Part shown: in pieces, positions 49,544-57,929 of the stretch | Position numbering within the stretch: the first letter of the stretch is position 1 | How the letters are laid out: every line of letters starts with the position of its first letter | Source of the DNA: Flavobacteriaceae bacterium | GTDB taxonomy: Bacteria > Bacteroidota > Bacteroidia > Flavobacteriales > Flavobacteriaceae | Assembly: GCA_049889695.1 (NCBI GenBank) | Contig: JBMHCX010000016.1 | Coordinates: 32,810-96,809, forward strand | DNA: 64,000 nucleotides | Direction of reading: 5' to 3' | The notes under the pieces: model-generated | The model's database searches: none | Told to the model about the DNA's origin: nothing | What the model saw: only the letters and a program-made list of their open reading frames with translations | Position numbers and translations under genes: made by a program

Positions 49544-49779
49544 CTAAGACAAACTTTTAAAGAATAAATGAAAACTTTAAAGTAAAGATTAATTCCTGCA
49601 TTCTTGTCTAATCCGTTTCGGATTTTTAGTTTTTTTATATCTTGAGAAAAAATTGTTGTGGGAATACTAACTCGAATTACTTTTAATCGTTGGTGGCCGC
49701 TTTCGGGCTTGTCATGGCCATTATTGAGCTGGATATGGATGTGTTTACACTTTATATCCATTAAACGCTAGATCAATAC

Positions 49780-49986
49780 ATGCTCGGGAAAACACTCTTG
49801 ATACTCGGACTATTGCTTGCCTTACTCGGTGCTATCTTGTGGTGGTCCGAAAGCCAAGGGTGGTCCTACAAAAACCCTCTTGATTTCGCTTGGAAAAAGG
49901 GGAATACCCAGATTTATTTTCCGCTGGGTACTTCACTACTCGCCAGTCTTGTACTGAGTCTTTTATTTTATCTATTTAAAAAATAA
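49780..49986 (+). CDS. DUF2905-family small membrane protein
   Basis: 68 aa with two TM segments. The C-terminal IYFPLGTSLLASLVLSLLFYLF closely resembles the DUF2905 signature. Confidence 0.7.
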   Translation: MLGKTLLILGLLLALLGAILWWSESQGWSYKNPLDFAWKKGNTQIYFPLGTSLLASLVLSLLFYLFKK

Positions 49987-49988
49987 GT

Positions 49989-50231
49989 ATGTCCTATAAA
50001 AACCCCTCATATATTTGGTTGGTGCTCGCCTTTTTGTTGGTCATAGCCGTATTCCTCAACGCATTTTCAGGACGCTATGTTCAATACCAAACCTTTGCGA
50101 ATCAAGGGTTTGTGATTTTAGACACTTGGACCGGAGAGGTGCACATTAAGACTTCCCACGGGATAGACCTCCCTAAAGGTCCATCTGTAGAGATTCCAGA
50201 AGAACCTTCCATTTCTTTACATAAACAATAA
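49989..50231 (+). CDS. Hypothetical single-pass membrane protein
   Basis: 80 aa with an N-terminal TM segment (IWLVLAFLLVIAVFL). It starts 2 nt after the DUF2905 stop. Confidence 0.45.
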   Translation: MSYKNPSYIWLVLAFLLVIAVFLNAFSGRYVQYQTFANQGFVILDTWTGEVHIKTSHGIDLPKGPSVEIPEEPSISLHKQ

Positions 50232-50258
50232 CCTTAATCTTTAAATTTCAAAAACTTT

Positions 50259-52685
50259 ATGAAAAAACTCTTACACCTCACCTTCATCTGTCTAATGACT
50301 TTCGGGTGGACCTACGGTCAGAAAGATGAAAAGAAAAAGGATGAAAAAAAGACCAAATCCTACACAGACATCATCACAGAAGAGGCTGATTCTGATCCAG
50401 GATTGTTCACTGTTCACCAGGTAGAGGACAAATATTTTTATGAAATACCCGATAGTCTTTTTGGAAGAGAAATGCTGATTGTGACCCGAATCGCTAAGAC
50501 GGCTACTGGCCTTGGTTTTGGGGGAGGGAAACAAAATACCCAAGTAGTGCGTTGGGAAAAGAAGAATAAAAAAGTTTTAGTACGCGTTGTCTCCTATCAG
50601 AATGTAGCTTCCGATTCACTTCCCATTCACGAGGCGGTGGTCAACTCCAATTTTGAACCTATTTTATATGCGTTTAAGGTTGCGACTTCAGGCCCCGATA
50701 GCTTACAACCCTCAACTGTTGTGGAGGTTAGCAAATTGTATACGGATGACGTCAAAACTTTAGGAATTGCAAAGCGCAGTCGAGAACAGTACAAAATTTC
50801 CTCGGTCGATGCTAAACGATCCTATATCGAAAGCATTAAAGCCTATCCACAAAATATAGAAGCTCGGCATGTAAAAACCTATAAAAGTAGCAAGCCTCCT
50901 TCCAATAGTTCCATGGGTTCTATTTCTGTAGAAATCAATAATTCTATGATTCTATTACCGGCGGAACCGATGAAGCGCCGCTATTTTGATCGTCGTGTAG
51001 GGTGGTTTGCGCGTTCTCAGGTCGACTATGGCTTAGAAGCTCAGAAAAGTAAGTCGCTTACCTATTTAGATCGTTGGCGCTTAGAGGTCAAAGATGAGGA
51101 TCTTGAAAAATTTCGCGATGGTGAATTGGTAGAGCCTAAGAAGCCGATAGTTTACTATATCGACAGAGCGACACCTGAAAAGTGGCGCCCATACATCAAG
51201 CAAGGAATAGAAGACTGGCAGGTCGCTTTTGAAGCAGCAGGGTTTAAGAATGCTATTTTGGCGAAGGATCCTCCTACAGTAGAGGAAGACCCAGAATGGT
51301 CGCCAGAAGATGTTCGTTATTCTGTAGTCCGCTATTTGGCCTCTCCCATTCCCAATGCGAATGGCCCACACGTGAGTGACCCAAGGACCGGAGAAATCTT
51401 AGAATCGGACATAAACTGGTATCACAATGTGATGACTCTACTTCGCAACTGGTTTTTTGTTCAAACTGCAGCCATTAATCCTGAAGCGCAGGGGGTCGAT
51501 TTTAAAGACGAAATTATGGGACGTCTAATCCGTTTTGTCTCTGCACATGAAGTAGGTCATACCCTAGGTTTGCCACATAATATGGGAAGCAGTGTTGCCT
51601 ACCCTGTCGATTCATTGCGTTCGGCGACTTTCACCAAGAAGTATGGAACAGCACCTTCTATCATGGATTATGCTCGATTCAATTATGTTGCCCAGCCCGG
51701 AGACGAGGGAGTGAGCCTGATGCCAAACGTAGGGCCCTACGACAAGCATTCTATACGGTGGGGGTATCGTCCTATTTTAGACCGAACGGCTGAAGATGAA
51801 AAAGAGATTTTAAATCAATGGATAATCGATCGTGCAGATGACCCTATTTACAGGTTTGGTCGCCAACAATTTGGTGTAATCGACCCGAGCTCTCAGACCG
51901 AAGATTTAGGCGACGACGCTGTTAAAGCGAGTCAATACGGTATTCAAAATCTTAAAAGAATTGTCCCTAACCTAATCGAATGGAGTTATGAAGCCGGGAA
52001 GAACTACGACGATTTAAGTGAGTTGTACGGACAGGTGTTTAACCAGTTTAATCGTTATATGGGACATGTACACGCCAATGTGGGCGGGGTGTATGAATAC
52101 TACAAGACCTATGATCAGCAAGGAGATGTTTACACGCACGTGCCAAAAGCTCATCAAGAAAAGTGTGTGATGTTTTTACACGATCAACTCTTTAAAACCC
52201 CTAATTGGTTAGTGGACCCAACCATTTTGGGAAAAATTCAGAATGCAGGAGCAGTGGAAAAACTTAGAAGTACACAGGTTCGAGTATTGAATAGCCTATT
52301 AAGTTTCGGCCGATTGGCCCGAATGATCGAAAATGAAACCCTTAATGGTACCGCTGCTTATTCCCCGATGGACTTTTTAAAGGATATGACAAGTGGTGTT
52401 TTCGCTGAAACATCTACCAATAAAGTACCGGATACCTATCGAAGAAACCTTCAGCGGGCCTATGTCGATCGATTGGCCTATTTACTGAAAGAAGAGCAGT
52501 CGAATGCCGGTGGTCGCTACTTTCGGGGAACTCGAGTGAATGTCGATCAGTCCGACATTCGTGCCTTGGCCCTCTATCAGTTGGAAAAAATTCATAAAAA
52601 AGTGCGAAAAGCCAATGGGGCTACTCCAACAATAAAAGCACATTACGCTGAATTGGAGGAACGAATAGCTCAACTTTTCGACTAG
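50259..52685 (+). CDS. Secreted zinc metalloprotease (large Bacteroidota DUF5117/DUF4953-type family)
   Basis: Signal peptide, then canonical HEVGHTLGLPH (nt 51546-51578; HExxHxxGxxH) embedded in an 808-aa protein. Confidence 0.85.
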   Translation: MKKLLHLTFICLMTFGWTYGQKDEKKKDEKKTKSYTDIITEEADSDPGLFTVHQVEDKYFYEIPDSLFGREMLIVTRIAKTATGLGFGGGKQNTQVVRWEKKNKKVLVRVVSYQNVASDSLPIHEAVVNSNFEPILYAFKVATSGPDSLQPSTVVEVSKLYTDDVKTLGIAKRSREQYKISSVDAKRSYIESIKAYPQNIEARHVKTYKSSKPPSNSSMGSISVEINNSMILLPAEPMKRRYFDRRVGWFARSQVDYGLEAQKSKSLTYLDRWRLEVKDEDLEKFRDGELVEPKKPIVYYIDRATPEKWRPYIKQGIEDWQVAFEAAGFKNAILAKDPPTVEEDPEWSPEDVRYSVVRYLASPIPNANGPHVSDPRTGEILESDINWYHNVMTLLRNWFFVQTAAINPEAQGVDFKDEIMGRLIRFVSAHEVGHTLGLPHNMGSSVAYPVDSLRSATFTKKYGTAPSIMDYARFNYVAQPGDEGVSLMPNVGPYDKHSIRWGYRPILDRTAEDEKEILNQWIIDRADDPIYRFGRQQFGVIDPSSQTEDLGDDAVKASQYGIQNLKRIVPNLIEWSYEAGKNYDDLSELYGQVFNQFNRYMGHVHANVGGVYEYYKTYDQQGDVYTHVPKAHQEKCVMFLHDQLFKTPNWLVDPTILGKIQNAGAVEKLRSTQVRVLNSLLSFGRLARMIENETLNGTAAYSPMDFLKDMTSGVFAETSTNKVPDTYRRNLQRAYVDRLAYLLKEEQSNAGGRYFRGTRVNVDQSDIRALALYQLEKIHKKVRKANGATPTIKAHYAELEERIAQLFD

Positions 52686-52708
52686 AGGTCTTTTAGCCTA
52701 GATCCAGT

Positions 52709-52744
52709 AAACCCTCTTTTGTATATCCTCGCAATAGAGGGTTT
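52709..52744. terminator. Hairpin between the convergent metalloprotease and FMN-reductase genes
   Basis: AAACCCTCT (52709-52717) pairs with AGAGGGTTT (52736-52744), giving a 9-bp stem with an 18-nt loop. The T-tracts are weak. Confidence 0.4.
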
Positions 52745-53282
52745 ATTCGTTTAGGGCTCTTTCAAAAGCCGCAAGTGATTTTTCGAATGAAGTTTTTAAA
52801 GCCGAATCTAAAATTCCATCCGTGGAGTCGAAGTTATTGTTGAAACTCGGGAGGGAAAACTTTTCAACACTATTGTTGTTCGCTCTAGAGATTCTTAGGT
52901 GTGCCATTTCCAGCACTTGAATCGCCCCTCGGGGCCCAGGCGAAGTAGCCAATAAAAACATGGGTTTGTGGTGCCAAATATCTTTCTCGATGACCGAAAT
53001 CCAATCGAAAATATTTTTAAATACAGTCGTGTAAGTTCCATTGTATTCAGCAAAAGAGATGACGATTCCATCGGCAGCATTCAATCGTTGCTTAAAGTCG
53101 ATCGCCTGCTCTGGAATACCATTTATTTTTTGTAAGTCGGGGTGGTAGATGGGTAAATCGATATCGTTTAAATCGATGGTTTCCACCAATGCTCCTTTCA
53201 CCTGGCGAGCTGTAAAGGCGGCCAGCTTTTTATTGATAGATTGGTAGCTGTTGCTAGCGCCAAACGCAACAATTTTTTTCAT
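52743..53282 (-). CDS. NAD(P)H-dependent FMN reductase-family oxidoreductase
   Basis: MKKIVAFGASNSYQSINKKLA... followed by a flavodoxin-like pattern; 179 aa. Confidence 0.8.
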   Translation of the reverse strand: MKKIVAFGASNSYQSINKKLAAFTARQVKGALVETIDLNDIDLPIYHPDLQKINGIPEQAIDFKQRLNAADGIVISFAEYNGTYTTVFKNIFDWISVIEKDIWHHKPMFLLATSPGPRGAIQVLEMAHLRISRANNNSVEKFSLPSFNNNFDSTDGILDSALKTSFEKSLAAFERALNE

Positions 53283-53302
53283 AGCAAGTGTTTTTTGGAG
53301 TA

Positions 53303-53310
53303 CAAAATTA
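53303..53310 (-). promoter_or_regulatory. Candidate -7 box TAatTTTG for the FMN-reductase gene
   Basis: The minus strand reads TAATTTTG about 20 nt upstream of ATG 53282. Confidence 0.4.
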
Positions 53311-53657
53311 ACCCATCATTTAATTTAATTGAGCTTTTTGGACACTTCGATTACATTAAATTCAGAAAGGGAACGATTAAGACCACTCTGTTCTTCTTTC
53401 AATTAATGCTTATGAATCTTTCAAAACCGACTGATGTACTCCATTAGGCGTCTAAATGATGAGCAGTACATCACTCAACAAATGAAGTAATTTGTTCTAC
53501 ATTTCTTTGGAAAAAACGCTGATGAGACTTCCTTAGTACAGGGGCTTTTTTAGTGGATAAACAGCTGTAGATAGAACAGTTAAAGTGCTTAAAACCCTCA
53601 ATTATAACTGAATAAGACCGAAATAAGAATGCCTTAAAATAGTATAAGTTTATTCAC

Positions 53658-53665
53658 TATATTTG
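53658..53665 (+). promoter_or_regulatory. Candidate -7 box TAtaTTTG for the coiled-coil lipoprotein gene
   Basis: TATATTTG lies 21 nt upstream of ATG 53687. Confidence 0.45.
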
Positions 53666-53686
53666 AAATTATTTAAAAATTAACCA

Positions 53687-55006
53687 ATGAAAAAATTCCT
53701 TTTTATTTTTTCAATTTTGTTTATAGTTGCTTGTTCTGACACCGACACAACCGATGACTTACAAGCACAAATAACAGAATTGGAGGAAATTGTAGAAGCT
53801 TTGCGAAACACGATTAGCGGTTTGCAAACGACCAACACTACTCTAACAAGCAGAATTGATCAGGCCATTCAAGACTTGGATGCGGCTGAGCTTTTAATTC
53901 AACAATTGAGAGGGGACCTCACCACCACTCAATCTAGTCTTACGCTAGCAGTAAACGCTAATGCCACGGCAGAAGAGCGTATTGAAGAATTGCAAGGGCG
54001 ACTTTCAGATGCCCAGGCAGCGATTAACGGAGCTTCTTACAGCGATGTTGTTAACCTAGGAGCTACCGGAACTATTGCTGAACAGACTCCTGAACAGGCG
54101 CAACAAACCATTTACGGAAAATGGGACATTGGAAGTTCCTCTGCCAAAGGTGCTAACTGTACTTTTGATTTCTTTGAGTTTAGCGATGAGAACTACATCT
54201 TGTCCATTAACACTCCGGATGGAAAAGCTCAAGTATTTGGTACTTATGCCATCAATGAGACGGCCAGTGGAACCGTTGAAAACGTAACGCTCTTGTGGAA
54301 TGATGCTGGAACAGAAAGAGTTATTGCAACACTGACCAACATTGTCGTGGTAGAGGAAACAGATTCTACACTAACAGCTACTTTCGACATTACACTTCAA
54401 CTGCCAGAGGCTCTTCAAACCTGCCAAGCCAATCTTGAAGGAGATGTAACAGCTGGGAAAGACGAACCAACCTCTGTGGGGGCAAATGGTGATGACACCA
54501 TTGCTGACCAAGAAGATGTGGGAGCTTTTAGTAATCACGCCTTAATTGTCGGAGATTGGAGACTTACTTCTTTTGTTGAAAACGGAGAAGAACTAATTCA
54601 GGATCAGTACCGATATGCGTGTATAGATGAAAGCACAATCAGCTACAACGAGGAGACAGGAGAAGAAACGTATGAGACGATTGCAGGATGTGATGTCAAT
54701 GCAATGGTGATTAACTTCTCTGACTACGGTACCTACTTATTGGCTGCTGTTAATGCGAATGGCTCAAACGCTCGCGTTGAAGTAGACGATTGGTATTGGG
54801 TATCAGCCGATCAGGACCGTATCGGGCTTGTTTTCCAAGACGGAGATGAAGTGGACACTGAAGAATACGATATAGAAATTGATCTGGATCGTCTTGTTCT
54901 AACACGTCAATATTTTGATATTTCTTATGATTTCAATCCAACGACTGGAGAAGAAGTCATGACGGAAGAGCGCGTTACTGCTAGAATTTCTCTAGTACGA
55001 GAATAA
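53687..55006 (+). CDS. Acidic surface lipoprotein: N-terminal coiled coil plus two lipocalin-like modules (hypothetical)
   Basis: Lipobox FIVAC followed by SDTDTTDD. About 90 aa of heptad-like Leu/Gln/Glu-rich sequence follow. Then come two modules starting GKWDIG and GDWRLT, each with a Cys pair. Confidence 0.7.
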   Translation: MKKFLFIFSILFIVACSDTDTTDDLQAQITELEEIVEALRNTISGLQTTNTTLTSRIDQAIQDLDAAELLIQQLRGDLTTTQSSLTLAVNANATAEERIEELQGRLSDAQAAINGASYSDVVNLGATGTIAEQTPEQAQQTIYGKWDIGSSSAKGANCTFDFFEFSDENYILSINTPDGKAQVFGTYAINETASGTVENVTLLWNDAGTERVIATLTNIVVVEETDSTLTATFDITLQLPEALQTCQANLEGDVTAGKDEPTSVGANGDDTIADQEDVGAFSNHALIVGDWRLTSFVENGEELIQDQYRYACIDESTISYNEETGEETYETIAGCDVNAMVINFSDYGTYLLAAVNANGSNARVEVDDWYWVSADQDRIGLVFQDGDEVDTEEYDIEIDLDRLVLTRQYFDISYDFNPTTGEEVMTEERVTARISLVRE

Positions 55007-55023
55007 ACGCTGTTTACTCCATT

Positions 55024-55058
55024 AAAAAGAAAACCCGGATGATCATCCGGGTTTTTTT
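55024..55058. terminator. Bidirectional intrinsic terminator between convergent genes
   Basis: CCCGGAT-GATC-ATCCGGG hairpin (55034-55051) flanked by AAAAAGAAAA upstream and T7 downstream, so it can terminate on either strand. Confidence 0.8.
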
Positions 55059-55225
55059 ATTCCAAAAAAAAACACCCCTACGATTCGATCACGCTTAAAT
55101 CTTACCTAAATCAAACAAAACAAATGGATCTGATCTGCAGGGGTGCCTAGCAACTTTGCATTAAAGGTATGTAAATCTTTGATTTATAGGGATTAATTTA
55201 TTGTTAAATCCAAAAAATTAGTGGA

Positions 55226-56092
55226 TTAATTTTCTGAGAAGAGGGTTTTTAGGGTTTCTACAACTAAAGCTATATCGGTCCAAATTAAAAAATGATTCTT
55301 GTTCGGGTATTCATGAATCTTTGCTTTTGGCCATATTTGGCGGATATAATCAGCCGTCTGATCTGAGACCAGAAAATCTGCTCCCCCTTGAATAAATATT
55401 GACTGTCCATCAAACTTTTGAAAAGGGGCTTCTACTTTTTGAAGGTCGTTTGCTAATAGGAGCATTTCTGTATTGCTTTGGAGAAAATTTCGACTCATCA
55501 GGAGTTGTCCAAGCTTCGTTGCTCCCCAACGATTATACCAACGGGCCTCTTGATAGGGAGCAGCAACTGTTCCGGCAATACTCAATAAATGTTCTATATG
55601 ATTAGGGTAGTCTATTGCCAGTCGTAATGCCAAGGCCGATCCGTAGGAATGACCTACTAGCGTACATGGATGGCAGAAAAGTTCCATAAGGGGTTGAAGG
55701 GCCCTGCTTTGTTCAGCCAAAGAATTCGCTTGTACAGTGCTTAAGCCAAATGTAGGCCGATCAAATACAACTATCTGATAGTCATGCGCTATTGAACTGT
55801 TTAAAAGCAGTTTTTTCCAGGCGGTCCAGTCGCCTGGAGATCCATGAATAAGCAATAATGTAGGGCGTTCTTTTTTTTTGGTATACCAAGAGTAGATTTG
55901 TCCTCCCGCCCCTTTAAAGTATTTTTCGATAGGGGAAATTCCCTTTTTTTGGAATTCACTCAGGTGTTTAGCGAGGGGTTGTGGCTTTTGCCACTGCAAA
56001 AAAATAGTCCCACTAAGCAAGCCAGCCAAGAAGAGCCAGAAAAAGATTTTTATTACCTTTTTTAAATTATGAGTGAATCGATGGATAGACAT
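55226..56092 (-). CDS. Alpha/beta-fold hydrolase with an N-terminal membrane anchor
   Basis: Nucleophile elbow GHSYGS, an LIHGSPG oxyanion region and a C-terminal His region (NKNHFL). Confidence 0.8.
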   Translation of the reverse strand: MSIHRFTHNLKKVIKIFFWLFLAGLLSGTIFLQWQKPQPLAKHLSEFQKKGISPIEKYFKGAGGQIYSWYTKKKERPTLLLIHGSPGDWTAWKKLLLNSSIAHDYQIVVFDRPTFGLSTVQANSLAEQSRALQPLMELFCHPCTLVGHSYGSALALRLAIDYPNHIEHLLSIAGTVAAPYQEARWYNRWGATKLGQLLMSRNFLQSNTEMLLLANDLQKVEAPFQKFDGQSIFIQGGADFLVSDQTADYIRQIWPKAKIHEYPNKNHFLIWTDIALVVETLKTLFSEN

Positions 56093-56171
56093 CTATATTT
56101 CCAATTTCCGTTTAGTTTGCGCGATCGTTTGTCGTATTTTGAAGAAAAGATAAACAAGATTTATATTTAGC

Positions 56172-57188
56172 GTGATGGAGTTTCCTAAAATTACCGCTAT
56201 TCCATGGGGGCATCTGGCCGATGGTCGAGAAATTATTTGCTATACCCTTTGCCATGCCAACGGACTGACTTTAGAAGTGCTGAACTATGGGGGCATTATC
56301 CGCCGCTTGGCTGTTCCCGACCGCTTTGGCAATTTGCAAAACGTAGTTTTAGGTTTCGACCATCTGGAAGACTACCTAAATAACAGTCCTTATTTAGGGG
56401 CTTTGGTCGGTCGGTATGCCAATCGTATTGCTTACGGTAAATATCCCTCTTCTACAGGGCAAGTACAGCTTTCAGTCAATCATGGGAAGCATCATTTACA
56501 CGGCGGACACCAAGGCTTTGATCGATCGGTATGGGACATATGTACAGATGTATCTTCCGAACAGCCACGATTAAAACTAAGTATTCAAAGCCCCGATGGA
56601 GAAGAAGGCTTTCCTGGAAATTTGTCTATCTCGGTTGAATATATATTTACTCCTGAAGGAAGCTTACAGCTAGTGTATACAGCTGAATCGGATCGAGAAA
56701 CCATTGTCAATTTAACCCAACACAGTTATTTTAATCTGGGTGGGGAGTTGAACAAGGCGGTAGATGAACATAGGTGCCAAATAAACGCTTCTTCAGTTTT
56801 GGCGGTAGACAGGGCGTTAATGCCAACAGGTAAATTTAGTCCCTTAGATGCCTCTCCTTTAGATTTTCGATTGGAAAAGCCTTTAGATGCTTCACAGACC
56901 TATGATCACTGTTATGTTTTAGAGACAACAGCAGGGGAAATGAAATGCGCAGCAAAGGTCTTTGATCCTGGGTCAGGCAGAGCGATGGAAGTTTGGACCG
57001 ACCAGCCTGGAGTTCAATTATACATCCCTCAAACACTGCCTCAACCCTTTGTTTCTCGAGGAGCCTTTTGTTTAGAAACTCAAAACTTCCCCGACGCTCC
57101 AAATCATCCACACTTTCCTACTGCCGTTCTACTACCCGGCCAGATATACCGTAGTGAAACCCATTACAATTTTAGCGTTATCCACTAA
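56172..57188 (+). CDS. galM: Aldose 1-epimerase (galactose mutarotase family)
   Basis: GRYANRI, HHLHGG, FPGNL, NLTQHSYFNL and ETQNFPDAPN motifs. The start is GTG 56172 or ATG 56175. Confidence 0.9.
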   Translation: MMEFPKITAIPWGHLADGREIICYTLCHANGLTLEVLNYGGIIRRLAVPDRFGNLQNVVLGFDHLEDYLNNSPYLGALVGRYANRIAYGKYPSSTGQVQLSVNHGKHHLHGGHQGFDRSVWDICTDVSSEQPRLKLSIQSPDGEEGFPGNLSISVEYIFTPEGSLQLVYTAESDRETIVNLTQHSYFNLGGELNKAVDEHRCQINASSVLAVDRALMPTGKFSPLDASPLDFRLEKPLDASQTYDHCYVLETTAGEMKCAAKVFDPGSGRAMEVWTDQPGVQLYIPQTLPQPFVSRGAFCLETQNFPDAPNHPHFPTAVLLPGQIYRSETHYNFSVIH

Positions 57189-57248
57189 TAATCAGCATTT
57201 TATTTTGTTTTTCTGAGGATTTTATTTATCTTAAATAAAAAACAATCG

Positions 57249-57413
57249 ATGATTAAAAAATCAGATTATTGGCTGTTAGGTGCAGCCTTTGTTAGCTTTT
57301 GCCTTTCGGTAGGTCTTTGGTTCAGCGGAGAGCAAGAGCAGGGAATGTATGTGGGTATTTGGGTGCCTTCAATCTTAGCAGCTGGAGGATACTTTAAACA
57401 AATGGGGAAGTAA
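57249..57413 (+). CDS. Small two-TM membrane protein (54 aa), not in the ORF track
   Basis: ATG 57249 to TAA 57411-57413 encodes MIKKSDYWLLGAAFVSFCLSVGLWFSGEQEQGMYVGIWVPSILAAGGYFKQMGK. The stop overlaps the next start (TAATG). Confidence 0.5.
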   Translation: MIKKSDYWLLGAAFVSFCLSVGLWFSGEQEQGMYVGIWVPSILAAGGYFKQMGK

Positions 57414-57598
57414 TGGGAAGCGCGGTTTTATTTTTGATAGGCCTAGCCATTTTTGGTGCTGTTTTGTTAGCTGCTCGTTATTCCATTACTGAAAAGCGTT
57501 TGGAGGATCAAAAAAAATTAGAAGTAGATCGAATGGATTATGACGGGGGTGGTAATTTTGGACGAATTCCGGATACTAAACCCAAAAGTAGAGCATAA
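57413..57598 (+). CDS. Small single-TM protein (61 aa)
   Basis: MGSAVLFLIGLAIFGAVLLAA followed by a charged tail. It is translationally coupled to both flanking mini-ORFs. Confidence 0.5.
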   Translation: MGSAVLFLIGLAIFGAVLLAARYSITEKRLEDQKKLEVDRMDYDGGGNFGRIPDTKPKSRA

Positions 57599-57600
57599 TC

Positions 57601-57759
57601 ATGAAACGATATTCCTATAAAATTCTCGAAAATAAATTATTCAAGAAGCCCCAAATAACCGAGGAAAACCTCAATAAGCTCGGGATGGATGGTTATGAAT
57701 TAGTTGAGGTTACACAAGCCGAGGGACTGACCAAAGCCTTTTTTAAAAAGGAATTATAA
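57601..57759 (+). CDS. DUF4177-like small protein (52 aa), not in the ORF track
   Basis: ATG 57601 to TAA 57757-57759 encodes MKRYSYKILENKLFKKPQITEENLNKLGMDGYELVEVTQAEGLTKAFFKKEL. The Y-K-x and G-[YW]-E-L-V pattern resembles DUF4177. Confidence 0.5.
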   Translation: MKRYSYKILENKLFKKPQITEENLNKLGMDGYELVEVTQAEGLTKAFFKKEL

Positions 57760-57929
57760 ATCGATTACTAGCGGACACCGGTATTATAAATGGTCGAAGG
57801 AGAGATTGATGACTATTCCTTGCTTTGAGTAGTTAACATTCGCCCATCGGCACATCAAACAACCTGCAATCTATTTTAATGCTTAATTACCCATGATGCA
57901 TTTTTGTTACATTAGCAGCAAAAATTGCC

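Noticed and set aside
49540-49761. A 73-aa minus-strand ORF lies in the divergent intergenic region.
   Set aside because: The translation is Lys/Ile/Asn-rich, typical of an AT-rich non-coding region. It would also overlap the start of the 49091-49543 gene.
53519-53525. A CTGATGA motif (hammerhead core-like) and nearby TGATGA...CTGA (C/D-box-like) strings lie in the 53283-53686 intergenic region.
   Set aside because: No GAAA box or stems I, II and III can be drawn around the CUGAUGA. C/D-box RNAs are not bacterial. The match is probably a coincidence.
55073-55145. A long-range CACCCCT/AGGGGTG pairing is followed on the minus strand by T9, which could be an sRNA or an unusual terminator.
   Set aside because: The stem is only 7 bp and closes a ~60-nt loop with no convincing internal structure. 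The adjacent bidirectional terminator at 55024-55058 already explains termination for both convergent genes.
57796-57832. GAAGGAGAG is followed by a 7-codon ORF (MTIPCFE).
   Set aside because: The ORF is too short and the SD-like match is much weaker than at 48917. There is no flanking promoter or terminator.
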